This document shows, one piece after another, positions 48,992 to 58,263 of a stretch of 64,000 bases of DNA. Source of the DNA: Fimbriimonadales bacterium (GTDB lineage: Bacteria > Armatimonadota > Fimbriimonadia > Fimbriimonadales > ATM1); assembly GCA_051003155.1 (NCBI GenBank), contig JBPCLO010000041.1:18433-82432 (forward strand), in the 5' to 3' direction. Positions within the stretch are counted from its first letter, which is position 1. Every line of letters starts with the position of its first letter. Below the pieces are notes generated by a model. That model was not told where the DNA came from. It saw nothing but the letters and a program-made list of their open reading frames with translations, and made no database searches. Made by a program: the position numbers and the translations under genes.

Positions 48992-50118
48992 GAAAACACA
49001 TCCGGCCAGCGTTGATGAGCGCTCGCGGTTTCCGACGCAAGACCGTACTCGACGTCGAGGCGCTTCGCGTATTGTTTAGCCGCACGCGGGTCGGATTCGT
49101 GCATCAGTTCGATCAGGACGAGCAGGGCCTTGGGGGTGTCGTCGCCCGGCGGCTCTTCCAGGATCGACTGGAGAAGCGATTCGGAAGCGTCCGGCAGCGA
49201 CGAAGCCAATTCGCTGCCGAGCCGCAAGCGTTTCGCTGTCGGCAGTGTGTCTAGCGCGTGCCGTTCAGCAAGTTTGGCTACAGCGAAGCCGTCACCGTAC
49301 TCCGGCTCCACTTCCAATAAGCCGATCAGTGCTTGGGTTGCCTCGCTGTGGGCCCCGATGGCATCGGCGCTTTCGAAGAGGCCGACGAGGCTCTCCGGGT
49401 CTTTCGGCGTAGAGGACAAGTGGACCTTGGCGGCCGCGGACTTGGCTGCATCTCCACGGGTTTCGGCTTCCGAAAAATGCTCGGTCCACGCCTCGTCGCT
49501 CACGTCTCTACCGGCGCCGAAAAGGAACGCAAGAAGGAGACCCGCGACAAACCCTCCCAAGTGCGCCCAGATACCTACCGCGCCTCCGAACTGACGCGCG
49601 ACCCATATCCCTCCGAGCAGCTGTAGGAAAGCCCATACGAGGATAATTACGTAGAGCGGGACATACAACTTCGGGAGCAGCGGGATTCGCACTCGATAGA
49701 ACCTGAGGAGTGCGTATCCGACCAGTGCGGCGATTGCGGCGCTGGCGCCTGCGATCGGCTCGCCCGCGGTCGCGACCATTACGAACTTGGACATGAGCGC
49801 ATGAAGTCCGATGCCCGCGAGTCCGCCGAGCAAATACACGCCGAGGAACCGCAGTGTGCCCGCGACGCGCTCGATCGGTGGCCCGGCTGCGGCGAGGAAA
49901 AGCATGTTGCCCAACAAATGCACCGGATCCAGGTGAATGAACATACTGGAGAGCGCTGTCAGAAATCGCTCGGCTAGGCCGATCGCGGCCATCGGGTTGG
50001 GCGTGAATCCCCACTTTAGTAGCGCGTCCGGACTATTCAGGGTGAAGAAAGCTGCCACGAGGTTGAGGAGCAGGATGATGAGCGTCGCCATCGGCAGGCA
50101 CGAGGTTTTAGGCAACAT
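48988..50118 (-). CDS. Rhomboid family intramembrane serine protease
   Basis: SMFIHL..HLLGNM, GASAA (catalytic Ser), AHLGG (catalytic His); helical C-terminal domain. Confidence 0.92.
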   Translation of the reverse strand: MLPKTSCLPMATLIILLLNLVAAFFTLNSPDALLKWGFTPNPMAAIGLAERFLTALSSMFIHLDPVHLLGNMLFLAAAGPPIERVAGTLRFLGVYLLGGLAGIGLHALMSKFVMVATAGEPIAGASAAIAALVGYALLRFYRVRIPLLPKLYVPLYVIILVWAFLQLLGGIWVARQFGGAVGIWAHLGGFVAGLLLAFLFGAGRDVSDEAWTEHFSEAETRGDAAKSAAAKVHLSSTPKDPESLVGLFESADAIGAHSEATQALIGLLEVEPEYGDGFAVAKLAERHALDTLPTAKRLRLGSELASSLPDASESLLQSILEEPPGDDTPKALLVLIELMHESDPRAAKQYAKRLDVEYGLASETASAHQRWPDVFS

Positions 50119-50842
50119 CTTCAGGCAAGTCGGTGTTAATATACGTCTCCTGCACGTCGTCGAGTTCTTCGAGCCGGTCCAGGAGCCTCATCAGCTTCTG
50201 AGCGTCCTCGGGTCCGATTTCAACTTTGTTGGTCGCGTTCATGGCCAGGTCGGCCTCCTGCGGGTTGAAGCCTTGCTCGACGAGAGAGCTCTGAACGAGG
50301 TGAAAGGCCTCCACGGGCGTCACAACATAGAGCATCCCGTCTTCAGCAATGACGTCTTCTGCTCCGGCGTCTAACGCCGCCAAGGTCAGCTCGTCCTCGT
50401 CGACCGATTCCGCAGGGATCGCGATTTCGCCCTGCTGCTTGAATTGCCAGCTGACCGAACCGTTCTCGCCGAGGCTGCCGCCCTCCTTGCCGAACGCGTA
50501 TCGCAGCTCGGGAACCGTACGATTCTTGTTGTCGGTGAGGCACTTTACGATGATCGCCACGCCGCCAGGGCCGTAGCCCTCGTAGGTGAGCTCTTCCAGG
50601 TTCGCACCCTCGCCGCCACCCGCGCCCTTGTCGATCGCGCGCTTGATCGAGTCGTTCGGCATGCGGTTGGCCTTAGCCTTAGCGACGGCCGCTCGCAGGC
50701 GCACGTTGCCGTCCTGCTCACCGCCGCCCAGCCTGGCGGCTACGATGATCTCGCGCGACAGCTTGGTGAAAAGGTTGCCGCGAACGGCGTCCTGCTTGCC
50801 CTTGCGGATACGAATGTTTGCCCACTTGGAATGGCCTGCCAT
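50108..50842 (-). CDS. yebC: YebC/PmpR family protein
   Basis: MAGHSKWANI, YEGYGPGG, TDNKNRT, LEELDDVQ. Confidence 0.97.
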   Translation of the reverse strand: MAGHSKWANIRIRKGKQDAVRGNLFTKLSREIIVAARLGGGEQDGNVRLRAAVAKAKANRMPNDSIKRAIDKGAGGGEGANLEELTYEGYGPGGVAIIVKCLTDNKNRTVPELRYAFGKEGGSLGENGSVSWQFKQQGEIAIPAESVDEDELTLAALDAGAEDVIAEDGMLYVVTPVEAFHLVQSSLVEQGFNPQEADLAMNATNKVEIGPEDAQKLMRLLDRLEELDDVQETYINTDLPEDVA

Positions 50843-51020
50843 GATGAATCCCAGGTCAGCAGCCGGACGGCGCTCACCCGAATGTACTATTTTGGCTGAT
50901 TCACGCTATATCCGATATGCGCTTATGCCAACCGGTCGTTTCTTGCCGTCTATATTAATGTGGGACGCGCAAGCGCCCTGGTTTCAGCAAAGCTCGACAA
51001 AGGAGTCGCCCGCTAACAAC

Positions 51021-51386
51021 ATGCTAGAAGAAATTCACAATAGCAAGGTCCGAACCAGCGAAGACAGCCGGGCCCTGATTATCGAAGTCACTGGCGATGT
51101 CGGCCGCAACGCTCCCTCTGCGGAGAGCCTAATCCGGCGGGCCGATGAGTCCCGATCCCAAATCGCGATCGTCGATCTTTCCAAGGCGGAAACGATCGAC
51201 ACCGAAGGCCTGCAATGGCTGGAGCAAGTCACCACGACGCTTGAGCCCGCAGGGGTTAAAGTCCGTGTCGTAACCTCCGAAGGCTCCAAAGTTCGCCGAA
51301 TCCTCAAGCTCATGAGATTCGACAGGTTCATGGTCGTCTTAGCGACGGTTTTCGATGCACTGACCTTCGGCAAGCGCCACAAATAA
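51021..51386 (+). CDS. STAS-domain (anti-sigma-factor antagonist-like) protein
   Basis: IVDLSKAETIDTEGL and VRRILKLMRFDRF; start after AAGGAG. Confidence 0.75.
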   Translation: MLEEIHNSKVRTSEDSRALIIEVTGDVGRNAPSAESLIRRADESRSQIAIVDLSKAETIDTEGLQWLEQVTTTLEPAGVKVRVVTSEGSKVRRILKLMRFDRFMVVLATVFDALTFGKRHK

Positions 51387-51618
51387 CGCACCCGTCCGAA
51401 GTGTAAGGCGTGTTGGACCACTTTGGCTCTTTCGCAGCAAGACCTTGCGTCGAACTCATCATATTCATCGTTGTTTAGATCGGTTCTGCGAGTTTTCTTG
51501 CCCGTCGGCCAACGTACGTTTTCAAACTCAGCCGTGAAGCGATGCCGGCAAGGTGCCGGCGAATGGTCACAAAACAGACGACAGCGCACAATAAGATGTT
51601 AAGGGACCGGTGATTATA

Positions 51619-51879
51619 ATGACCCACCGCTTTTCAGCATACGTTGCGTGTCTCGCAGCCGGCGGAGCCAGCGCGGGCCAGTACGAAGTTCTCGACACAC
51701 GCTTGGCGACAACTTCCGACGACACGGTCAATGTGAACGTCACAAGCAACACGTCGCGATTCATAGAAGCCGGCACGCTTGCCATCCGGTGCAGGGTCAG
51801 CTATACAGCGCTCGGAGCGACATTCATCCACCCGTGGCTCGGCCGCATCGACAGAGCCTGGTGGAGTTTCCCGGGATAA
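51619..51879 (+). CDS. Mini-protein: signal peptide fused to a ~67-aa conserved C-terminal tail
   Basis: MTHRFSAYVACLAAGGASA|GQYEVLDTR...SRFIEAGTLAIRCRVSYTALGATFIHPWLGRIDRAWW; homologous to 47505-47750. Confidence 0.6.
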   Translation: MTHRFSAYVACLAAGGASAGQYEVLDTRLATTSDDTVNVNVTSNTSRFIEAGTLAIRCRVSYTALGATFIHPWLGRIDRAWWSFPG

Positions 51880-51960
51880 GAATGTTTCGCATTGAGGCCG
51901 CCCATCGAAGCAGCGGCGAACCTGCGACGTGTTGGCGCGCTCGGGCTGTAAACTGCGAAG

Positions 51961-53409
51961 ATGCACACGCCGACGATGGACGTCCTTCTCGTCCTCGCGG
52001 CTGCCTTCCTCGTGGCAAGCGTCCTCGCGAGCAAGGCGTCCGCGAAGCTGGGGATACCCGCGCTGGTGCTGTTCATCGCCCTCGGTATGTTCGCCGGCTC
52101 GGAGGGCCCCGGAGGCATCCCGTTCACCGACGCGGCGCTTACGCAATCGATCGGTACGACGGCCCTGGCGTTTATCCTATTCGCAGGCGGCCTCGATTCG
52201 CACTGGCCAGCGGTCAAGCCGATTCTGTGGCGCGGGATCGCCCTATCCACGATCGGCGTCCTCGCGAGCACAGGCCTCGTTGCGCTGTTCGCACACCAGT
52301 TCCTCGGCTTCGACATGCTTGAAAGCCTGCTCTTGGGCGCGATCGTTTCCTCGACCGACGCCGCCGCGGTCTTCGGCGTCCTGCGAACGGGCAATATCCA
52401 GCTCAAACGCCGCTTGGTGCCGCTGCTCGAGTTCGAATCGGGCACCAACGACCCGATGGCGGTGTTTTTGACCGTCAGCCTGATCGGCTTGTCGCAAAAC
52501 CCCGAACGAAATCCGCTTGCGTTGGCGCCGTCATTTCTGCTCTCGATGGGGGTCGGTTCGGTGGTTGGCATTGCGGTCGGGCACGCGGCGGTTTGGCTGA
52601 TCAACCGCATCAACCTCGAGTACGACGGCCTCTACCCGGCGATAACCTCGGCTGCGCTCTTCCTGGCGTTTGGCGGCGCGCACTTGATCAGCGGGAGCGG
52701 CTTCCTCGCCGTTTACATCCTCGGCCTCGTGATGGGCAGCCGCACCTTCCTTCACAAGATCGGATTGGTGCAGTTCCACGACGGCGTGGCGTGGCTCATG
52801 CAGATCACGATGTTCCTTGCATTGGGCCTCCTCGTGTTCCCAAGTCAACTGCTTATGGTCATCGGAGCGGGTCTAAGTTTATCGCTCTTTCTTATCCTTT
52901 TCGCCCGCCCCGTGTCCGTGTTCCTATCGCTGCCCCTTGCACGCAAGATGAAAAAACGGGAGCGGCTTTTCGTTTCGTGGGCCGGTCTTCGCGGAGCCGT
53001 CCCGATCATTCTGGCGACGTTTCCACTACTGGCGGGCATTCCGAAAGCGGGGCTCATTTTCAACCTGGTTTTCTTCGTCGTGCTGACCTCCGTCGTGTTC
53101 CAGGGCACGACTCTGGTCGCGGTTGCGAAGCTTCTCGGCGTCGTCCTGCCCGATACACACGTGACGCCCGACGCAGCGCTTGTGGGAGAATCGAACTTGG
53201 TGCGCGTGGTGTTGCCGGAGGGATCGAGCCTCGCGGGCAAAAGGGTCGTCGAGTTGGGGCTGCCCGCGACCGCCCTGATCGTCCTCCTGCAGCGCGGTAA
53301 GCAGCCGTACATTCCGCGCGGCGCGACGGTGCTGCGAGTTGGCGACGAGCTTCTCGTGGCGACGCGCAAGGACGACATTGACGAGCTTCGGCTCTTTCTG
53401 GAAGGATAG
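51961..53409 (+). CDS. Potassium/proton antiporter (NhaP2/CvrA-like) with TrkA-C domain
   Basis: SSTDAAAVF, ESGTNDP, WAGLRGAVPI; C-terminal RCK_C (IPRGATVLRVGDEL). Confidence 0.93.
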   Translation: MHTPTMDVLLVLAAAFLVASVLASKASAKLGIPALVLFIALGMFAGSEGPGGIPFTDAALTQSIGTTALAFILFAGGLDSHWPAVKPILWRGIALSTIGVLASTGLVALFAHQFLGFDMLESLLLGAIVSSTDAAAVFGVLRTGNIQLKRRLVPLLEFESGTNDPMAVFLTVSLIGLSQNPERNPLALAPSFLLSMGVGSVVGIAVGHAAVWLINRINLEYDGLYPAITSAALFLAFGGAHLISGSGFLAVYILGLVMGSRTFLHKIGLVQFHDGVAWLMQITMFLALGLLVFPSQLLMVIGAGLSLSLFLILFARPVSVFLSLPLARKMKKRERLFVSWAGLRGAVPIILATFPLLAGIPKAGLIFNLVFFVVLTSVVFQGTTLVAVAKLLGVVLPDTHVTPDAALVGESNLVRVVLPEGSSLAGKRVVELGLPATALIVLLQRGKQPYIPRGATVLRVGDELLVATRKDDIDELRLFLEG

Positions 53410-53411
53410 GA

Positions 53412-54821
53412 ATGAAGATTCGAACACCGAAACCGGGTCTCGAGCCCAGGATCACTGGCCCAACGGTCTTCGGGGTCAGACCCGGACGGCCGGTGCTGTT
53501 TACAGTGACGGCAACCGGCGAGAAGCCGATGTCCTTCGCCGCCGAACGATTGCCCAGGGGCCTGACGCTCGACGCGCAAACGGGACGGATCAGCGGATCG
53601 CCCTCGGAAAGGGGCGAGCATCCGATCACCCTCTCGGCGAAGAATGCATGCGGAGAATCGAAGCGCTCATTCAAGCTTGTAGTCGGCGATGTGATCGCCC
53701 TGACCCCGCCACTCGGATGGAACAGCTGGAACTGCTTCGCCGAAGACGTCGACGAAGCCAAAATCCGCGCCGCCGCATCCGCAATGGTGACAAGCGGCCT
53801 CGCCGATCACGGCTGGAGCTATATCAACATCGACGATTGCTGGCAGGTTCGGCACCCCGGAATAGGAAGGGATGCCCAGGGCAACATCCTCTCCAACGAT
53901 AGGTTCCCCGATATGAAGGCGCTGGCGGAATTCATCCACAGCCTGGGACTCAAGGCCGGCATCTACTCGTCGCCGGGACCACTAACCTGCGCAGGCTTTG
54001 CGGGGAGCTACCAACACGAGGAGCAGGACGCCCGCCAATACGCTGAGTGGGGCTACGACTATCTCAAGTACGACTGGTGCAGCTACGACGAAATCGCCAA
54101 AGACAAGAGCCTTTCCGAGTACAAAAAGCCGTACGGGGTGATGCGGGCTGCGCTCGATAAGGTAAGCCGCGACATTGTGTACAGCCTATGCCAATACGGC
54201 CGGGCGGACGTATGGGGATGGGGTGAGGGCGTCGGCGGCAACTGCTGGCGGACGACCGGAGACATCGTCGACACGTGGGAGAGCATGTGCGCGATCGGCT
54301 TCTCTCAAGATGGGAAGGAGCCTTACGCTGGCCCTGGCCACTGGAACGACCCGGACATGCTGGTCGTAGGCCAGGTCGGGTGGGGGCCGCGCCTTCACCC
54401 CACGAGGCTTACGCCGGACGAGCAATACACCCATATCACGCTTTGGAGCCTGCTCGCCGCACCGCTCTTGATCGGGTGTGACATGACCCAGCTTGACGAC
54501 TTCACGCTTGGACTCCTCACGAACGACGAGGTTCTCGACGTGAACCAGGACCCGCTGAGCATTCAGGCGAGGCCCGTGTCCGCCGACGGCGATACGGAGG
54601 TTTGGATGAAGCACCTTGAGGACGGCTCGCAAGCCATCGGCCTGTTCAACCGAGGCTCTGTTCCCGCCCGAGTGACCGCCCGATTCGACGGCCTCCGCAT
54701 GGTTCGCGACGTATGGCGGCAGGAGGACATCGGCCCATTCGAAGACGGTTACACCGCAACCGTGGAGCCTCACGGCGCGGAGCTCGTGAAGATTTCCACT
54801 CCGTTCGCGACCTATCGGTAA
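53412..54821 (+). CDS. GH27 alpha-galactosidase with N-terminal Ig-like domain
   Basis: TPPLGWNSWN, INIDDCW, YLKYDWC, WRTTGDI, WNDPDML. Confidence 0.93.
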   Translation: MKIRTPKPGLEPRITGPTVFGVRPGRPVLFTVTATGEKPMSFAAERLPRGLTLDAQTGRISGSPSERGEHPITLSAKNACGESKRSFKLVVGDVIALTPPLGWNSWNCFAEDVDEAKIRAAASAMVTSGLADHGWSYINIDDCWQVRHPGIGRDAQGNILSNDRFPDMKALAEFIHSLGLKAGIYSSPGPLTCAGFAGSYQHEEQDARQYAEWGYDYLKYDWCSYDEIAKDKSLSEYKKPYGVMRAALDKVSRDIVYSLCQYGRADVWGWGEGVGGNCWRTTGDIVDTWESMCAIGFSQDGKEPYAGPGHWNDPDMLVVGQVGWGPRLHPTRLTPDEQYTHITLWSLLAAPLLIGCDMTQLDDFTLGLLTNDEVLDVNQDPLSIQARPVSADGDTEVWMKHLEDGSQAIGLFNRGSVPARVTARFDGLRMVRDVWRQEDIGPFEDGYTATVEPHGAELVKISTPFATYR

Positions 54822-55052
54822 GCACGTGCGTGTCAACCAGTAGACAAGCCATCCCTCGCAGGGAAGCTCAAGACGCCTTCGCCGACTGGCAAGCAGCTTA
54901 CATGGTTGAGCCGAAGTGAGACTACGGGCACTACCGGCTCGTAGGCTTCAGGCGGGGAATCACGTGGCCCAGCCAAGCGCCTCAAAACAGCCTCGGCTGA
55001 CGCTACGCGGACGCGCGCGCAGGCCCTGAAACGTTGGGTGACCTTCTGGTGT

Positions 55053-55317
55053 GGCATGGGTAGCACATTGAATGTCCTCACTTGCGCCATTGCTGCCTTG
55101 CGCTACCCGTGCTGCGAATTTTCACGTCCACGGCCCGGCCATATGTTTCGAGTTTCGGATGTAATCAGTACTTTGCAAAATGTGATTCGTGCAGCGGACA
55201 GTTAGCATTGATGGCAGTTGCAGCACGGGTAAGCGGCGATCGCTTGACGTGCTCGAGAGTCTCGAGGCGCTTACCCATGCCCCCCGGAAGGCCGTGCCGG
55301 CAGGATGCCGGCGCTAC
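55053..55317. repeat. Nested inverted repeats plus GTAG-type REP palindrome
   Basis: Outer perfect IR GGCATGGGTA (55053-62)/TACCCATGCC (55272-81); inner perfect IR TACCCGTGCTGC (55104-15)/GCAGCACGGGTA (55220-31); GTGCCGGCAGGATGCCGGCGCTAC at 55294-55317. Confidence 0.75.
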
Positions 55318-55333
55318 GCAACGCAAATGATAA

Positions 55334-56136
55334 TCAAAACAACCTCGGCTGGCGTTCGCGGGTGGGGCGGCCGAGGTGTACCGACATTTGGCGGGCGTTC
55401 GTTATAGCTTGCGCGCCGTAGTGGTTGTTGAAGAAGACCAGGGTCTCCTTCGCCTTCTCGCTCATCTTGCGGACGGACGCTGTCAGTTCCTTCACTTCGG
55501 ACTCCGAATACAGGTAGTCGTAGCGCTGCCACGCCCTTTCGTGCTCGTACCACATGGCCGCGTTGCGGCCGTGGAACCGGGCGTAGGCGAGGGCGCCGAT
55601 TACGGTGTCGTCGAATTCGAGAAGGCCTTCGAGCCGGGGTTGGTCGACGGCGCAGAGGGAGGCCCTGAGGTCGGCCAGTCTCGCCATGGACTCGGGAGTT
55701 TGCCATTCGTCGTGCCGAAACTCAAGGGTTACCGGATCGAGCGTTTCCACGATCGACTCGACGCGAGACCAGTTTTCATCGGTCGGGCGGAAGCCGTTCG
55801 GGAACTGCGCCAGCTGGCTCGCCAAGCATCCGGCCTCGGCAAACGGGCGGTTCTGCTCGAACGTCGCTCGCAAGCACTCGTTCAAGGCTTTCTTCTGATG
55901 CGTGACTTCCTTGTTGAGCTTCACCGCGAAGCGAAAGCCGCTGGGTGCCCGCTCGATGAGGCTACCCACCGCCTTTGCGGAGAGCCAAGCGTAATAGGAC
56001 GCGTTGACCTCTAGGGCGTTGAATTCCTGGGCGTAGTAGTCGAACCATCGATGCTTCTTCAACCCGTCGGATAGAAGGGGCCGACCCAATCGTCGTAGCT
56101 GAATCCGCTCGTTCCAATGCTAATGCGGCCAGGCAT
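55334..56136 (-). pseudogene. DUF72-domain gene with 1-nt frameshift near 56069
   Basis: ATG 56136 gives MPGRISIGTSGFSYDDWVGPFYP (typical DUF72 N-terminus), which stops at TGA; the body (DGLKKHRWFDYY...EVNASYY...EFRH...RFHGRN...FFNNH) is in the adjacent frame. Confidence 0.8.
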
Positions 56137-56188
56137 AGCTCGCACGATTCTATATCAACCGCATCGAGCGAAGTATCATCTGGGCCAG

Positions 56189-57085
56189 ATGAAAGTTGTC
56201 TTCGGTACGGACGGCTCGGACCATTCTCAATTCGCGCGCGACTTCCTGCGCAGGTATCCGCTCGGGCCGGAAACTGAGGTCCACTGCTGCAGCGTTTACT
56301 CGGCCTCGCACATCATTACCGCCACATCCCACCCGTTCCTGGGCCCGATGATCGCGGACCAGATCACCCAAGCCGTCGACGACGCCCGCGAACACGCCGA
56401 AAAGGCATCCAAGGAGGCTGCCGAGGCATTTCCGAATTCCAAAGCGGTTGTTCTCGAAGGAGACGTCGCCTACGCGCTCGCGAAGTACTCGGAGGATCAG
56501 CACGCCGACCTGGCCGTCGCGGGCTCGCGCGGCCAGAGCACCTTCGACACATTGCTTTTGGGGAGTGTTACGCGGAGCCTCGCCAACGACGCGAACCTCA
56601 ACCTGCTCGTCACTCGCAAGAAGGAGTTTGCTGCGGCGGAGGGTCTTTCAGTTATGTTCGCGACGGACCACAGCGACTTCGCCGAACGCGTGGCAGATAA
56701 GCTCCCGAGCCTCATGAGCGGCAAGTTCAAGAGCCTCGAGGCCGTGTCCGTCATGGACCCCGAATCGAAAGACCTGCTCTATGCTTTCCCAAGAGCGAAG
56801 AAGGGCGAAAACTGGCCCGAGATGGAGAAGAACATGGAGGAGTGGCTGCGCCAAAAGACGGAGGCAGTGGCGGTCCAGCTGCATCCGTTGACCGAGGTGG
56901 TCAGCAGCTCGATTCAGTACGGCCACGACCGAGATAAGATCGTTGCGCATGCCGAAGCGACGGGCTGCGACCTTATCATTATGGGCGCGAAAGGGCGCAC
57001 GGGTCTAAGCCGGCTGTTATTGGGGAGCGTGTCGCACTACGTGCTCAACCGAGCAAAGTGCAGCGTTATGATCGTTCGGGCATGA
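56189..57085 (+). CDS. Universal stress protein (tandem Usp domains)
   Basis: GTDGS, GSRG...LLGSV, ATDHS, MGAKG...LLGSVS. Confidence 0.93.
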   Translation: MKVVFGTDGSDHSQFARDFLRRYPLGPETEVHCCSVYSASHIITATSHPFLGPMIADQITQAVDDAREHAEKASKEAAEAFPNSKAVVLEGDVAYALAKYSEDQHADLAVAGSRGQSTFDTLLLGSVTRSLANDANLNLLVTRKKEFAAAEGLSVMFATDHSDFAERVADKLPSLMSGKFKSLEAVSVMDPESKDLLYAFPRAKKGENWPEMEKNMEEWLRQKTEAVAVQLHPLTEVVSSSIQYGHDRDKIVAHAEATGCDLIIMGAKGRTGLSRLLLGSVSHYVLNRAKCSVMIVRA

Positions 57086-58263
57086 TCTTTCTGGCGCTCT
57101 TCGCGGCGGCGATCTCACCGACCCAGGTTGCGACGTTCACGAATGGCCTCGAAGTCGTCGGAGTTCGGATTCCTGGGGCGTCGTCGTTTTCCGTGCAAGC
57201 GTTTGTCCGCACGGGATCGGCCTATGAATCCAAGGAAACCAACGGGGTCAACCACCTGCTGGAGCACATGCTGTTCCGTCGCGGGAAGGCGGATTCGATC
57301 GCCGAAAATGCCGGCGCGCTTCTTAATGCCACGACCTATCGAGAGATGACGCGCTTTTTCTGCGAGGGGCCTACGTCGGCTTGGCAAGAAGGCTTGCGCT
57401 CGGTGGCGACGATCTTAGAACGGCCATCACTCACGGACTTGACGATCGAGACGGGTGTGGTAGCCGAGGAATCCGCGCTGCGCTATATCAGGTCCTCAGC
57501 GCTCATCGACGATCTCCTTTGGGGGTCCTTCGGGGCAGGGTCCGCCTGGTCGCTTTCGGCTATCGGGGACATGGGGGCCGTGAAAGCGGCGAAGGCAGCG
57601 ACTTTGCAAGCCATTTATGATAGGGCGTACGTAGGGGGGAACATCGTCGTGGCGGCCGTAGGTGACTTCGAGCCGGCCTTCGCAATCGAGCATGCTAAGA
57701 AGCTGTTCGCGAAGGTGCCGGCCGGCGCTAGATCCATGGGCGCGCCGCCACTTCCCACCTTTACGCCCGGCAAGGTTGCGGCCGCCATCGGGGGTTCGTG
57801 GGTGGCGATCGGGCTTCACGCGCCTGGATTCGACACTCCCGAATCTTACATCTGCCACGAGATGGCGTTCGATCTTCTTGCGGGCGTGGGCGGCCTTGCC
57901 TCACAAGAGGGACTCGAAAGAGAAGTCTTCTTCGGCCCGTCGGAAAGAGGCTCGCTGGCGACCCTGGTGTTTCGACTTGAAACTACCGGCGATGTCGAGG
58001 CGACGGTACGCGGCGTCCTGGGAAAGCTCGCCAAGGGGCCAACCTCGACCGAATTCGAAGAACTCAAGCTGAGCCTCGAAGCTCGGTATCGCGCGCATGA
58101 CAGGTCACCCTCGGACAAGGCGATGCTCGTCGGGCTCGCGAGACTCTTCGCGGGTTCGGAGATCGATTGGCGTGCCATTGTGAAAGACACAACGCTCGCG
58201 AAAATCCAGTTTGTGTGCAAGAAGTTCGCCCCGGATCAACTGCTGATGATGGCAGGCAGATGA
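57082..58263 (+). CDS. M16 family zinc peptidase (catalytic subunit)
   Basis: HLLEHM (HxxEH) motif, NATT; hydrophobic N-terminus. Confidence 0.88.
   Translation: MIFLALFAAAISPTQVATFTNGLEVVGVRIPGASSFSVQAFVRTGSAYESKETNGVNHLLEHMLFRRGKADSIAENAGALLNATTYREMTRFFCEGPTSAWQEGLRSVATILERPSLTDLTIETGVVAEESALRYIRSSALIDDLLWGSFGAGSAWSLSAIGDMGAVKAAKAATLQAIYDRAYVGGNIVVAAVGDFEPAFAIEHAKKLFAKVPAGARSMGAPPLPTFTPGKVAAAIGGSWVAIGLHAPGFDTPESYICHEMAFDLLAGVGGLASQEGLEREVFFGPSERGSLATLVFRLETTGDVEATVRGVLGKLAKGPTSTEFEELKLSLEARYRAHDRSPSDKAMLVGLARLFAGSEIDWRAIVKDTTLAKIQFVCKKFAPDQLLMMAGR

Noticed and set aside
51390..51590. Possible toxin/HEPN gene remnant on the minus strand
   Set aside because: Only a vague resemblance, with no clear start or motif.
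54833..55090. 85-aa minus-strand ORF
   Set aside because: No recognisable motif or RBS; overlaps the repeat region.
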